NCBI RefSeq assembly: GCF_036321535.1
Contig: NC_087463.1
Coordinates: 13,764,001-13,828,000 of the forward strand
Length of the DNA stretch: 64,000 nucleotides
Direction: 5' to 3'
Origin: Camelus dromedarius
Taxonomy: Eukaryota
Part shown: positions 11,924-26,234 of the stretch, in pieces
How the letters are laid out: each line of letters starts with the position of its first letter
Position numbering within the stretch: position 1 is the first letter of the stretch
Made by a program: the position numbers and the translations under genes
The notes under the pieces: generated by a model
The model's input: the letters and a program-made list of their open reading frames with translations, nothing else
What the model was told of the DNA's origin: nothing
Database searches by the model: none

Positions 11924-14394
11924 AAAAGTGATTCCAAATTAATTGTATAAATACCTCTTGATGAGAAAACTAAGCCTCAGAAATGAGAGGATATGATAAA
12001 AGACTGCATGATTAATGGCAAAGTGAGGAACAGAATCTAGAACTTCTGTTACTTGACTCTAAAGCTTTTTCATTTAAATTTTTTTGTTTAATGGCCAATG
12101 TCTAAATGTAATTTTAAGCCAGATTTGATACAAACATGGATAAAAATTGAATGTTCCCAGTGTTCTTTTGTTTTTAGAAGCATCTAGTTTTACAGTATAT
12201 TTATTTATAACTCTAAAATTTAAAAGCTGACATTTCCTCTTAATTGTATTAGTTGCAAAACATGAATATATTGTACACAGAATTTTGGAGAGTTAGTAAG
12301 AATTTCTTCAGAGGTTCTATTAAAATTCATACCATATCAGATTAATCATTTGTTAAATCACTTTTGCTTTGGCCCTTTTCGAAAAAAAGGTATGATTTTT
12401 AAAAATCCGAATGAATCCTGTTCTAGGACTTGTTTTGTTTCCATTTAATATAAAGCTTTTTTGGAACATATCAGTTTCCTTCATACAATGGGTGATAATG
12501 TTGCAAACAAAGAATGGATGATGAGCTAATAATCAGAGTAGTTGAATGATGATGGTTGAAAACGTCACGCTCTGGATTTACATTGCCTTTCATTCCTCTT
12601 TAAAAACTCCCTTGTGTGCCAGTTGAGTGTGTCTGGGCTTATCTGTTATTTAGTTTAAAGAAATTCAAACTTTGATTCCCGTGTCCTACCTAACCAAATG
12701 GTTAGTTCCTTGGTATTTTGCCCATTTTTTGTTTTAATCAGATTCTGGTTGACTGCCAGTTCTTGATTTCTGTGAGAATGTGAGGATTTATTTTAGTTTC
12801 TGAGGAAGCTGAGTTAGAGATAGATGCGTTTTCTTGTGTTATCTTCTTCTAATGATGTAAGCCATACCTTTATCATATTTTGGGCGATTATTTTCACTTG
12901 TTTTAAGGGCTATGAAATGCATTATTCTTCCAGGTGTCCTTGAATTCCTTGCCCCTTGAATACCAGAATGTTCTCTCCTGTTGCATCAGAGCAGACACAT
13001 GTCCCTGTGGCGCACATAGTCCTTAGTCCTGAATCTGTATATTTGCATTCCTTTAAGCTAGGCATATGCATTGAATGTGAGTCCTCAGATGTCTAGAGAA
13101 TGATGTTTTTTCCAGATCTCACCATAGTGTGTTCAATGCTGTGAGCTTATTTAATTGAGAGAAATCTTTTTTGGTGATATAATTAAAACTGAATGTTGTC
13201 ACCATGGAAAAATGAACTCCTTCCAGATTCTCTTTGAGAGAAAGTCACTGTTGGATATGTTATTCAGCCAGTAACACACTGTACCAAATTTGCTCAAATT
13301 GGCTCAGTGTTTGTTTTCATTTTCTGATATTAAATAAGAATATGGAAGTCATTGCTGGTGTCCTAGTAGTCTATGAAATGGTAAAGATGATACACATAGA
13401 GTTTTATAAATAGGAAGTGACTTTGGAGTTTTTACCTTAAAAATACATACCATTTATTTGCTGTAGCAAAAAGATGAAGTTTAGGGGGAACAAATTGATG
13501 AAATCCATGAATTCTAACAAGTAATAAAAGATGTAATATGTATAGATTATCTTTAGTAAACATGCTAATGTCATTCATAATTTTTTACTTGCCTCATTTC
13601 TAGTTACCGTTTTTTAAAAAGGGGTTTCACTTTTAGTTTTCATTTACTTGTTTAAAGAGTGTAAGTAGTGGATTAAAGAAGAGACCTTTGCTAAAAGTAG
13701 CTAAGCAGTAAGACATGGCTATCAAACTATTTTCTTTCATAGAAAGTGGCTATTCCTTTCAGTGTTTCTGAAAGTTTCTTAAGACAATCTTAGCATTCTA
13801 AAGAGTCTGGAGTTACACACATATTTTTTGTTGTGACTTAAAAATCAAGCCGATAGGTGACCCCTGGTGTCTGGTGAGGTCTGGCAGTCTTCTGTCTTCT
13901 GTGGAGCCCTCTTTGATTATTTCCAGTCTCCATTTCTCTCAGACTTCTCTGAACTAGCACTTAAGTCTTTGACCACACAGTGTATAACACTTAAATCTGT
14001 ATGTTTCACCAGCTAGATCTTAATTTTGTCAAGTGAAAGAATAATTCCTTATATTTGTGCTACAGAAGGTGTAGTCTAGTATACACTGCTTCATTGATTA
14101 TTCATCTCACATTTAAATACTTTAGTCAGAACTAAATTTTTGTTACACAGAAAAGAGTTTAAAGTGAAATTCTTTTCCCCTCAAGTTTCAGAGTTTACCG
14201 TAAAATACACTTTGTGACTTTGAGATACGATGGCTGTGTGGGAAATATGGCGAATGAGTTTTTCAGTGAACAATACTCTTTTTAATGATGAGGACACTGT
14301 GAAACAACACTCAGTTTTTCTTGGACATTGTTATTTATTGCTGCATTTGGGTCTTAACAAGATTTGGAGATCATTTGCCACTGGTAGCAAAGCA

Positions 14395-14550
14395 GAGTGA
14401 GTAAGACCGCAGGTTCTAAGTCAGGCCGCCTGGGTTCTGAGTTGGGCTTTTTGCTTTTCACTTTGTGACTCTTTATGACTCACTGTCTTTATGTGTGAAA
14501 GAGGAGTGAGTAGTACTTACTGCGTGATTTGTTGTGAGGAGTGAGATTTT
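14395..14550 (+). mobile_element. MIR
   Basis: gagtaagaccgcaggttctaagtcaggccgcctgggttc...gttgtgaggagtgagat. Confidence 0.6.
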
Positions 14551-14659
14551 AATTAGATTTTATATATTTTTATATATGTGTCTTTTATTTACATACAACG
14601 TTTAAAGGAATTTTTGGCACTTGGGAATTTCAAGTTGGCTTCATAATGAAAATGTATGA

Positions 14660-14896
<237 letters not shown>

Positions 14897-15489
14897 TGAA
14901 ATGCTGATTGCACTTTTCATGTACAAGAAACTACTTAATACAAAACAGCACAGATCCAGAATAAGACTTGGCCTTACAGTATATTTTCTGTGGGATGCAT
15001 TTTGACTAAAATTGGTAATTGCAGATTGATTATTTACATTATTCATCAGAATTGACTTCTGCTGGCTTTTGGCTATTTTGAATTGTAATATCTACCATAA
15101 GTGGCATAGTAGGTTACATCTGAGGTTTTTCAAAAGATTTCTATCCATATTAAAGGAGGTTTCCAAAAAGATATTAAAAAACAGTTTTGAACGTTTATAC
15201 CTTCTAAGGTGACTGTCTTGAAGAGAGCAAAACTTTTTGTAAGATGTACATTTTGTTGTATTTATTTTAAAAGTCACCTTGTATTTAACTGCCATTCTTC
15301 TTTGCTGCGAGTGCTCCCTTTGCTCTGCTCCTGGGCCCTCTCTGTGGACACACTGTATTTTCCCATATTTTAACCTCCCTTCTCCCCAAGAGTTTTCCTG
15401 TAAGGGGGAACAGAGAAAGGGTGGTAGCTGGTGTGGAATATAGGGGCTAGAAAGTTGATTTGTTAAGTAGTTTTTTTGGAGGGGAACAG

Positions 15490-15810
15490 TCTTATTGAGA
15501 TAAAATTTAGATGTCATACAATTAACTCATTTAAAGTATACAGTGTAATGATTTTTACTCTGTTCACAGTTGCACAGCCATCATCACAGTCAGATTTAGA
15601 ACATTTAGGAAAAAGGCTTTTAGCTTCTTACTGTTGAGCATGTTATCGTGGTGGGCTTGTCCTATGCGGTCTTTATTATGCTGGGGTGTGCTCCTTCTGC
15701 ACCCAGTTTGTTGAGAGTTGTTCATCATGAAAGGATACTGAATTTTGTCAGATGCTTTTTTTGCCTTTATTGCAATGATTATTTGGCTTTATACTTCATT
15801 CTATGATTTT
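15490..15810 (-). mobile_element. L1M remnant: 3'UTR end joined directly to an ORF2 RT-region segment
   Basis: ttattgagataaaatttag...ttaaagtatacag (3' end), then ggaaaaaggcttttagcttcttactgttgagcatg...gaattttgtcagatgcttttt (RT region, antisense). Confidence 0.7.
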
Positions 15811-16221
15811 TGTTCATTATTTTAGATTTTGGTGGGAGTACCGTCCAGTTCTAGTTACTCTATTATGGCTAAAAATGGAATTTTCTAGCAAAGCCATGTA
15901 CATTGAAAATAAAACCTACAATTGGGGAATTTGATTTTCCTGGGGGACGTTAGAGAATTGACCAAGAACATATTTTCCAGTGGAGGAATCTCTGCATAGA
16001 AATGGGATTGGATGTATGAGAAAATTTGAATTTATGAGAAAATTCTAAGCCTATTCTAACCACAAAGAGTGGTTGTATTTTTCTTTTGATTATAACCATG
16101 CAAAAGATGGCTAAGATGATTTTGATTTGGAAAATTGCTTCAGTAGTCACATACCAGAACTATAGAAAAATCTCAGTACTCTTCTCATGGCATATTTAAT
16201 TTGGAACAATTTAGCTTTTCT

Positions 16222-16388
16222 GTATAGCACAGGGAAATATATACAAGATCTTGTGGTAGCTCACAGCGAAAAAGAATGCAACAATGAATATACGTATGTT
16301 CATGTGTAACTGAAAACTTGTGTTCTACACTGGAAATTGACACAACATTGTAAAATGACTATAACTCAATAAAAAAATGTTAAAAAAA
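16222..16388 (+). mobile_element. 5'-truncated artiodactyl-type L1 3' tail with 9-bp TSD
   Basis: TSD agcttttct at 16213-16221 and 16389-16397; aligns end to end with 11754-11923. Confidence 0.9.
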
Positions 16389-17236
16389 AGCTTTTCTAAT
16401 GAATTAGGATAAATTGTTTCCAAAATGGATATTGTGAGAGGTACAAAAGGGCTTTAAAAGTATTGATCAAATTCTATTTTTTTTAAACTGGGTATTCAGT
16501 ATATGGTTACATATTTTTTATATCTTGTACATCTTATGAATAATATTTGGTTGCATTAAATATTTAATTAAGAAATGCATCCTGACATAACCTAAGGCCC
16601 TGAAGTAACCTGAAGTGATAGCCTGACACTTGGTACAAGGGAGATGAATTTGGAGGCTGACTGCCAGACTATTTTGGAAGAGTAGGTATTAAGTCATCCT
16701 TTCTATCAGGCACTATGTCACTAAATCATTAGTCTGTGGAGGTCACTCTTAGTTCCTGATAATTAGCATTGGTCTCAGCATTCAGTAGGGTGCTTGTCCT
16801 GTAGTTTTTACGTTTGGGGATGTCAGTCTAGAGATAAACATGCTTTCATATCATGGAAAGTATTATTTTAAAAATAAGTAAGGTTGAACTATTTTACTTT
16901 TTATACTAATTTATGTCCTTAACCTGATTTCTCAATGTACTGTATCTAAGTGCTTGACACTGCCCTGGTTTGCGTTCTGGTTCCATCACTCTGTATGAAA
17001 TTGGGCAAGTAATGTCACCTCTTTTTTTTTCACTTTTGGCCTGAGAACTTGGTGGGGTGATTGTCGGCATTACATTGGTGGGGGATCACTGTTTTGCTGC
17101 CCTTAGTTTTTGGTGTTCTGAGCAATTCTTCTCAAATCTGTATCTGTATATTTATATTGAATATTTAACAGGATTCCTAAAAATGATTACTTTTTAAAAA
17201 TTAGGTACTTATATCAACGTATTTGTGTATTTCTAG

Positions 17237-17344
<108 letters not shown>

Positions 17345-18399
17345 TAAGTGTTTTCTTATTCACTTTTCTCCTTATGAGTCTATATTGCAAATAGTCCCAG
17401 TGCCACAGTAAGTAGGGAATTTTTTTCTTTTCTTTTGGAATATCTTTTAAATAAATGCCTCAGTTGTCTCAACTTAAAGAGATTTGAAATATGTTTTAAA
17501 AATGAATTTTATCTTTATTAATGATTTTTATAATACCTTTATTGTAATTTATGATTATGTCTTTGCCTTGCTTTTGAGAAATTCAGAGTACCATTAAAGT
17601 TAAAGCACGGTCATTAATCTCCATGGCATTTTTACTGAGTTGGCAGACAACTTTGAAGGTTTTAAAAAACCTCAGTGATGCTAGGCTAGCATAAATTTGG
17701 AAGATGAAGCCATTTAAAAGTTCATACAGTTACATTGATGTATGTTAATACACTAACTTCCTAAGTCTTGCAATAATAACTTGCTTTTGGAGATGTAGGT
17801 CGTTGGACAGCAGTTGTCCAGAGTGTGGGGAATTAAAAAAAAAAGCTTTTATGTTGTTTAGAAAATTGTATATTTACATAATATGTTATTAAAGATAGTT
17901 GGGAACCTGGAAGAGGATTATTTAAAAAGTTGTTCCTTCTACTTCCCATAATTTATGAATTTGAAAAGAACCTTCTATAACTGGAGGCAACATCAGGTAA
18001 AAATATAGTACCTTTTGGTCAGTTACCTGATAATTCATATTAGAATGCATATTCCAAGTAGATCAAGTCAGTGTCCTTTGAAAAATTTATACCATATAAG
18101 ATACAGGAAAAGTTATCCTAAAGAAAATCCCAGTAATATCAAGATCATTGCATTTTAAGACTGTTGTCTTCTATTAAATAAATCTTATCTTTTTAAAAGG
18201 CAAGGCATATTGACATTTCTGATTTTGAATGTTGTATCTTTAATTTGAGATAAAGCTTTTTTTTTGGTATGCACTCAATAAAACTTCTGCAATAAATACA
18301 GAATCAGAACTGGAATATTGTATTTAATTTGCAAAGATATGAAATTCAGTTGACTTTAAGTTTTGTTTTTTTGCAGTGCTAAATTTTCTAGCTATGTTG

Positions 18400-18735
18400 A
18401 TAACCAGTGGGAAATGTCAGTGGTTTAAATTAAAAGTTTATTTCTTGTGTTTGTCACTTGCCCTTCATATATCACTTGGGGCTATTCTCTGCTTCCTCAT
18501 TATCCTTACTCTGAGACTGAGGGTGAGGGAGCAGCCGCTGCCTGGAGTGGAGGTTGGGGAAGAGGAGAGTTCTGGCAAGTCTCATAGCTGGAACTACTCT
18601 CAAGACTCCACCAGCTAAAGGGGGAGCCAGGAAGTGCAACCCTACAACGTGCCCAGAAAGAATATGGACTGAGGTGGGGGTGGTTAGATTGGAGGGGAGT
18701 TTAGGATGGTGGGTGAACAGCAATAATGACTATAT
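18400..18735 (-). mobile_element. MaLR LTR, old MLT1K/L-like
   Basis: aaatgtcagtggtttaaattaaaagtttatttctt...gagggagcagccgctgcctgg...gtgaacagcaataat. Confidence 0.5.
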
Positions 18736-18852
18736 GTTCCTTTTTCTGAAATATATCACTTGTACTGGAAGGTTAATTTTAAACCACTGTGACAAAGTTG
18801 AACAGTGCTTTTAAAACTCAGATTTGAAGTTAGCTGTTATTCTGTTTTATAG

Positions 18853-18931
18853 AGAGATGTGCCTCTGGGATGTGAATGATGGCAGATGTATTGAATTCAC
18901 AAAATTAGCTTGCACACATACTGGCATACAG
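18853..18931 (+). CDS. WDR7: WDR7 exon 4: EMCLWDVNDGRCIEFTKLACTHTGIQ
   Basis: ttttatag|A ... CAG|gttagt; 79 nt; completes the phase-2 codon and ends phase 0. Confidence 0.96.
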
Positions 18932-19614
18932 GTTAGTATCTATTTCTGTAACTTGTCCAAGTCAGCACAATTTATTTCAGGTGGACAATTTTAAAAATGT
19001 TATTTTAAACATTGAGCCTATATTTTTGTATGAAAAACAGGTAAGGGTGGGTAATATGACAAAAAGACTAGAGTTAGAGTAGTAAACTTTTCCTCAAAAA
19101 ATGGTCTAGGGGGAGAGGAAAATGAAAGGGGAGGAGACTGATGGGGGAAGATGTAAGGTAAGCCATTGCCACTGCTGCTTCTGCTCTTTCTGGCTCTACT
19201 GGGCATCCAAGTAAGAGCCCCTTTACTGGTTGGGTAAGTGTTCTAGATCCTCAATAATGAAACTGTTTCTTGCTATAGCCTTAAGGATTCCACTTGTGAT
19301 TGACACAGTGCACTTTCTGGATGATCCTTTTTCATTGTTTGTGCAGTTGGTCCTTGGATACATGTTTTGCCTTCACAACTGCAGAAAAAATGACTATTTC
19401 ATATGCCTGGCTTACAGGAATTGATAGCTTCTCATGTAACATTCCTGGTATTCTTCCTTATTCTTTCATAGTTGCCAAATTCTTCGTGCTTCAGTTTACT
19501 CATCATTACTGTGTTGAGTGTTGGGAGAATTACAAGGTATATAGAAAAGGTGGTTTATGTTCTCAGTGGGGAAGGAGAGTGAAGAGAAGAGAAGAGATCT
19601 CAAGTTTTAGGAAA

Positions 19615-19815
19615 TATTATATAGGCGTTTCTTGTATGATGCCTCACTTAGTCCTCACGGTATTCTTACAAATTAAATAGGAGAGTATCATTTTACGTAT
19701 AAGGAAGCTGAGGGCCAGAGTGATCAGATGACTTGCCCTAGTCTGGTAGTGAGTCATTCCTGCCACTAGGATCCCAAATCAGCTTTGTCTGACTGTAGGG
19801 ACTCTGTTCTTTCTT
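19615..19815 (-). mobile_element. MIR
   Basis: cacttagtcctcac...aaggaagctgagggccagagtgatcagatgacttgccc. Confidence 0.7.
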
Positions 19816-21966
19816 GTATATCCTACTGTCTCCCTTCAAATAAGCAAATAAAATCATTTGTTGGGGAAGAAAATCTGTGCTAACACAAATTAGAAAAGCA
19901 ATGGAAAATGTCTGGAGGGAGGTGGTGGTTGGTGTGATGTAGACCTTTAGTGACTATTTCTTGCCCTGACAAAGGCCTTTTAAATACTGCTTCTTTAATA
20001 CTGTTAAGGGCATATGCTTTTTATTTAAAGGGCATGTATTATTTTTTTAATCATATGAAGAATCATCAAGGTTTGTATCATTGACTTTATAATTTATTAT
20101 AGTTGAAAAATTGTGTATAAATATCAAACTCATTGGATATAAATATTTTGACTATTGTATAATTTTACAATTTAAAAGTGCTGTGTATCTTAGAAAAAAT
20201 TATCTTTATTTATTAAATGTAGTTTTAGTGCCTGCTATTTATTAGATCCCGTATTAAGCCTTGATGAACAGAAGTCATGCCTTTTTGGCACGTTTACTAG
20301 TGTGTGGCAGTTGTTTCCCATGTGATCCTCACCCTCTCAGGTCCAGAAGCAGGTTGTTTTTTATGTATGTGGAAATGATAAACCTTGATGATACTGGCAG
20401 TTACTGAAATCACAAGGAAATGCCAACTTATTGAATCATCACATGGGGGCATTCCTTTTTAATATTTGGAAAGCCCATTTCTCTATTAAGGACACCTTCT
20501 TTGCCCACATCAACGTGTCTTGGAAATTAAATTAGTGTTCAGAAGATTGGGAGTATAACTTTAAAGCAAAAGTGAGAGGCACTTAGGCAGGCAGGTCTAG
20601 TAAGATATCCTTGCCCCCAGAGGAGAGCCCTTCCCTCGTGACGGCAGTGCACATGTCTTTCCTGGCTGGTGTTGGATGAGCACTGACAAAGGCTGATTCT
20701 CTGCAGCCATCCCTTTCTCCTTCACACCTCCTCCCCTTATGTGGGTCAAGGCTACCGACGGTCACATTATTATATGCGAGTGCCTGGCAGTCCCTGGGAG
20801 CCCAGATTGCGTGTCATGTCTTTTGGCTCAACCTTCTGAGGTCTAGAGATGCCCTCTGTGGTAGTCTGCATTTTCTTAGATCCCCTCTGGGAATTTTAGT
20901 CGTGTTACCTTGCACTGAGTTACTATGCTCCGTGATCAATGTATGTCTTTAAGAAGTTGTACTCCACGTACAGGGTGCTCCATACTTGAGAAAAGATTGT
21001 CTTCTTCACATACTGCATTGAGCTCTAAGCATGGGACTGACGAGGATGGGAAGCAGACTGAGTTTCTTATTTCCCCAGCTGTGGAGTGGTTACAGTGTGG
21101 CCCTTTGTGCAGTGCCCAGCTTGCCCTCATGTGATCTGTATAAGGTCCAGTCCCTTGGAAAGTGGTAGTCTGGATACTGTGTATCTTCACCTCCTAAAAA
21201 TCCTGTAGGAGAATCATTCCACTAAGAGAGTTGCTTTTTTTTGAGGCCAAGGAAAGACAGGCCCTATGATAAGTTGTTGGTCTTGTTTTGATAGTTATTC
21301 TTTCTCTGCTTTTTGGTTGATGGAAACCCATCTTATCCTTTTGAGTTATTCTTGGCGTGAGTGACATGATTGTATTGATTCTTCCTCTGTTTTTCTTCCA
21401 CAGGGTGTAAATGTGCAGTGTGAGAATGGTTTATAATGGTTGTCACACATGCTAGTCTAAAACAACACACTTAGATTATTCAGAATTCACTTCTGATTAT
21501 ATTTTAATAGCATCTTTGCTTCTAAATTTTTTTAGTTATAACTAGTAATTATAAGCCTATACTCACTTATTGCCTAAAACTCATACTGTATTTGTGACCC
21601 ACCTGAGCTACCCTTTTGCTTTCATTTGTGAAGCTGGTTTTATTCAAATATTTTATTAATTCATTCAACAGTCCTGTTTTAGGTGCTGCAGGAGGATGAA
21701 AAAGAAGAATTATCATGAATTCTGCTCTAAAATACTTCGAAAGGGAGGATAAGATGTTAGGAAAAGAATAATTTTTGTTAAATATTTTCAAATTAATGTA
21801 ACTTGATGGATGCATACATGTGCACATAGGTGCGTATAATCTATAATGTGTTGTACCTGTCTGGAAATATCACTGAAGAAACTGAGCATCATAATAAGCT
21901 TGGGGAATGCAAGTGAATCAAGTGTCTAAAGTAAAGGAAAACATTTACAAATCTTTCTCCTTTTAG

Positions 21967-22221
<255 letters not shown>

Positions 22222-22660
22222 TGATTGCTTCTCTACCCAAAGCTTATGAATTTAGGTTTTGTAGCATGTCTTTCTCTTGATCACATCTGTGGAGAGTGTA
22301 GTATGCAACAAAATGTCTCAAAGGCAGGCAAGGTAGGTGGGAAAGGGGGAAAGAGAAGAGATAAAAAGACTCTGCTCATCTGTGATAAATGATAAAAAGT
22401 GAATTCTGAAGAACAAAAGTTACGTGTTAACACTGTAATGAAGAATATTTGAAGTTATTAAAATGTATTGATTAGAAAAAAGAAATCCAGGAGCTAAAAA
22501 CACCTTTTCCTTGAACTCCAAATTTTTGATCATCTCCATTAACTTGTTTTAAAATCTGTTTCCTGAAATCTCATAAAATATAGAATTATTTTTATTCTAT
22601 TGTAAATCATGATATTATTTAATGTCATTAAAGCAAACGTGTCCCATGTCACTGTTGTAA

Positions 22661-22915
<255 letters not shown>

Positions 22916-23613
22916 TAGCCTTGACATAGTATAAAAGATTCCTCTAGTATGCTGTCTCTGTACATGAATAATTTTTTTTCCCTTTTGATGGTAGACATCC
23001 GCTTTATCAAGGATACAAAGTAGAGAAACATATTGTACACGATATGAAGTAGAGAAACAGACAAAGGCCTCTGTCTAAATTTGAAGTTAGAAGGTAGTTA
23101 GCTTGAGGGGGAAAACTAAAACACACTACCATGAAGAGAATAGGAAGTCGATTTGAGTTCTACTAGTGTTTTGGACTTGAATTCCTTGTTACGTTTTACC
23201 AGTAAGAAAGGCAGATCAATTTTCTGGCAATATTGATACTAATCTCTTTCCTTAGGGAATTTTTAGACGTTGAATCTGGGAGAAACTGGAGGACTGATTT
23301 TTTTTTTTTAAACCAACGAGCACGTGTAACTACAAAAATTAGGATTGCCTCAAATTTTTATTATCTGTCATCGCCAGTGGTGATTCTGACTCTCATTAGT
23401 ATTTTAATCTTGAGTAGCTTTGTAGCAAAGATGTTGTGCCCAGGTGACTTTAGAGTGTATTTTTGCTGCTTTTTACTACCTTATATGAGGGGCTAAAATG
23501 ATGAACATATCAAGTGTTGCTTTTATTTCATTTTGTTTTCTTTATCATTGTATAATCATTTTAATTGACAACCAAGCCAATCCTAAAGTTTTAACAAGTC
23601 TTTCTCTTTTTAG

Positions 23614-23739
<126 letters not shown>

Positions 23740-24294
23740 TAACTACACAAGTAGGAAATGGTGTTTTTACTCTTCATGATGTTGGCTTGTCAGACTTCCA
23801 AAGATGACTGTAGGAGCAGCTTGGTGGTAGAATGTTTTAACTGCTTGGAATTCATGTCTGATTTTGATATCATGTTTTGAGGTATGGGATCTGGCTATAC
23901 AAAGTTGTCTTTTTTGTTTGGGTTCATAGAGTGAGTCAGTTAATAACTATTAGTTCTATTGACCTTAACGCCTACCTTTTGCTACTGTTTTATTCATTGT
24001 CCTGTCAGTACCAGCGTGAGCAATGGTTAGTGAGTTTTCTGCAGGCTGGACGTATCTTTGTAGGTTGTTGTTATCCCCAGTTGCCATTTTTATCTGACAT
24101 TTTGGAGTCAGGAAGGCCTTCTGGCACTTGAGAGCCAGTGGTGGAGGAGTACATTACTTCCACATTGCCAGACTTTGCAATTTCCATGAAAGACGAAGAG
24201 TCAGCGAGTTTTGATGAATTGCTCTATGCCTAGCATAGTTTTCAAAGCTTGCCGTGTATTATTTTTTTAATCATCACAGCTCTCTGAGAGGTGG

Positions 24295-24575
24295 TATATT
24301 AGTTACCTAATTCTGTTTAACAAATTACTTCAGACGTTAGGGTTTAAAACAAAAAAATATATATATCATCACTGAGTTTCTGTGGGTCGGAAAGCCGGGC
24401 GTGGCTTAGCTGGGTGCCTCTGGCCCAGGGTCTCTCACAGATGTCGATCAAGGTTTTGACCAGGATGACCGTCTCAATCCAAGGCTCACTTAGGGGAAGA
24501 TCCGCTTCCAAGCTTATTCAGTTGGTTTGACAGGCCTCAGGTCCTACTGACCGTTGGCTGCAGACATTAGTTACA
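24295..24575 (-). mobile_element. MaLR LTR (MLT1D/E/F-like), 3' part, next to a MIR remnant
   Basis: tattagttacctaattctgtttaacaaattac...ttctgtgggtcggaaagccgggcgtggcttagctgggt...gatccgcttccaagct. Confidence 0.8.
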
Positions 24576-24859
24576 CAATTTTATTTTTATTCCAGAGCTT
24601 TTCTTAGTTCTTCTTGTTGTGCTAATATTATATACTGGTAAGTATTATAGCAAATCATGGTAAATTCTGCTAAGATTTATTCCGATTTCAAGGCTTTTTA
24701 TAAGCAACTTCATTGTTGTTTCCTTAAAGAAAAATAAAATAAAAACTCTGGACCATTGAGTTGCTCATTCCTCCTGGGGAAGTGTTTTAGCAATACAGAA
24801 TGCACTTTTATCAGAAAATTGAGAGTGGTAGAAAAATGTTATAAGACAAAGGTTTTACT

Positions 24860-25050
24860 CCCAGCTCTGTCACTTATTGGACGCGTGACCTTGAGCAGGT
24901 GATGTAGCCCTTAACTGTGTCAGGTTTTTGTTCGTAGCAGTTCCTGCCTGCCTGCCTCCTGCAGTGATTCTAAGGGTCGTATGAGAAAATGATTGTAAAG
25001 GCACTTTACGAACTTTGATGTGTCTTATTAATGTGAGCCCCAGAAGGTCA
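24860..25050 (+). mobile_element. MIR
   Basis: cccagctctgtcacttattggacgcgtgaccttgagcagg. Confidence 0.65.
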
Positions 25051-25602
25051 GTAGCCTGTTTTTCTGATGAAATTATAGGGACTTGGCTTTTATATGTGAG
25101 AATTATTAACAATAAAACTGAGTCTGTTAACTTCCTATTTACACTATTAACACATTGGTGAATTAGGGTAAAGTGAGCTAATCCCCTGTTAAGGAGGAGA
25201 TACTCTGGTGGTAGAGTTTTTGGTTAGAAACATTGTTACTGGACATAGAAATAAAACAGGAGGCATAACCATGCATTCTAGGGGTTGGTTGCTTGTCATT
25301 TTGGGGGGCTTGCTCCTCCCTTTAGATGTGAAGGGCTGAGGGTTCCTGTCTGTGTGTAGGGACACACCCTTGCCCCACTCGTCACAGTCTGCTGCGTGAC
25401 CACTGGAGGCCACACCCAGCTGGGCACCTTGTGCTTTCCCTGCTGAAGGTGACTGTGCCCCAGTGCTCAAAATGTCTTTAACTGAGGTAGCGAACTGTAA
25501 AGGCCTGAGGTTCTTAAATATATTTCCAGAAGTTTTTATTTATTTTTAATTGAAATGTCACTACATTTTACTTAAATGACACCAACATAGACCAGACTGT
25601 GA

Positions 25603-25836
<234 letters not shown>

Positions 25837-25994
25837 TAAAAATATAGAAAGTATAAATATTTAATTTAGGTAAAACATTTGAGAAGTTAGATTTATAATG
25901 ACAGTTTAACTTCTAAGCACAAAAATTAAGTGGATTTTTATTTGAAGTAGGGTATTCTAATAACATTAACTATTTAATTTAATGCCTATGTTAG

Positions 25995-26234
<240 letters not shown>

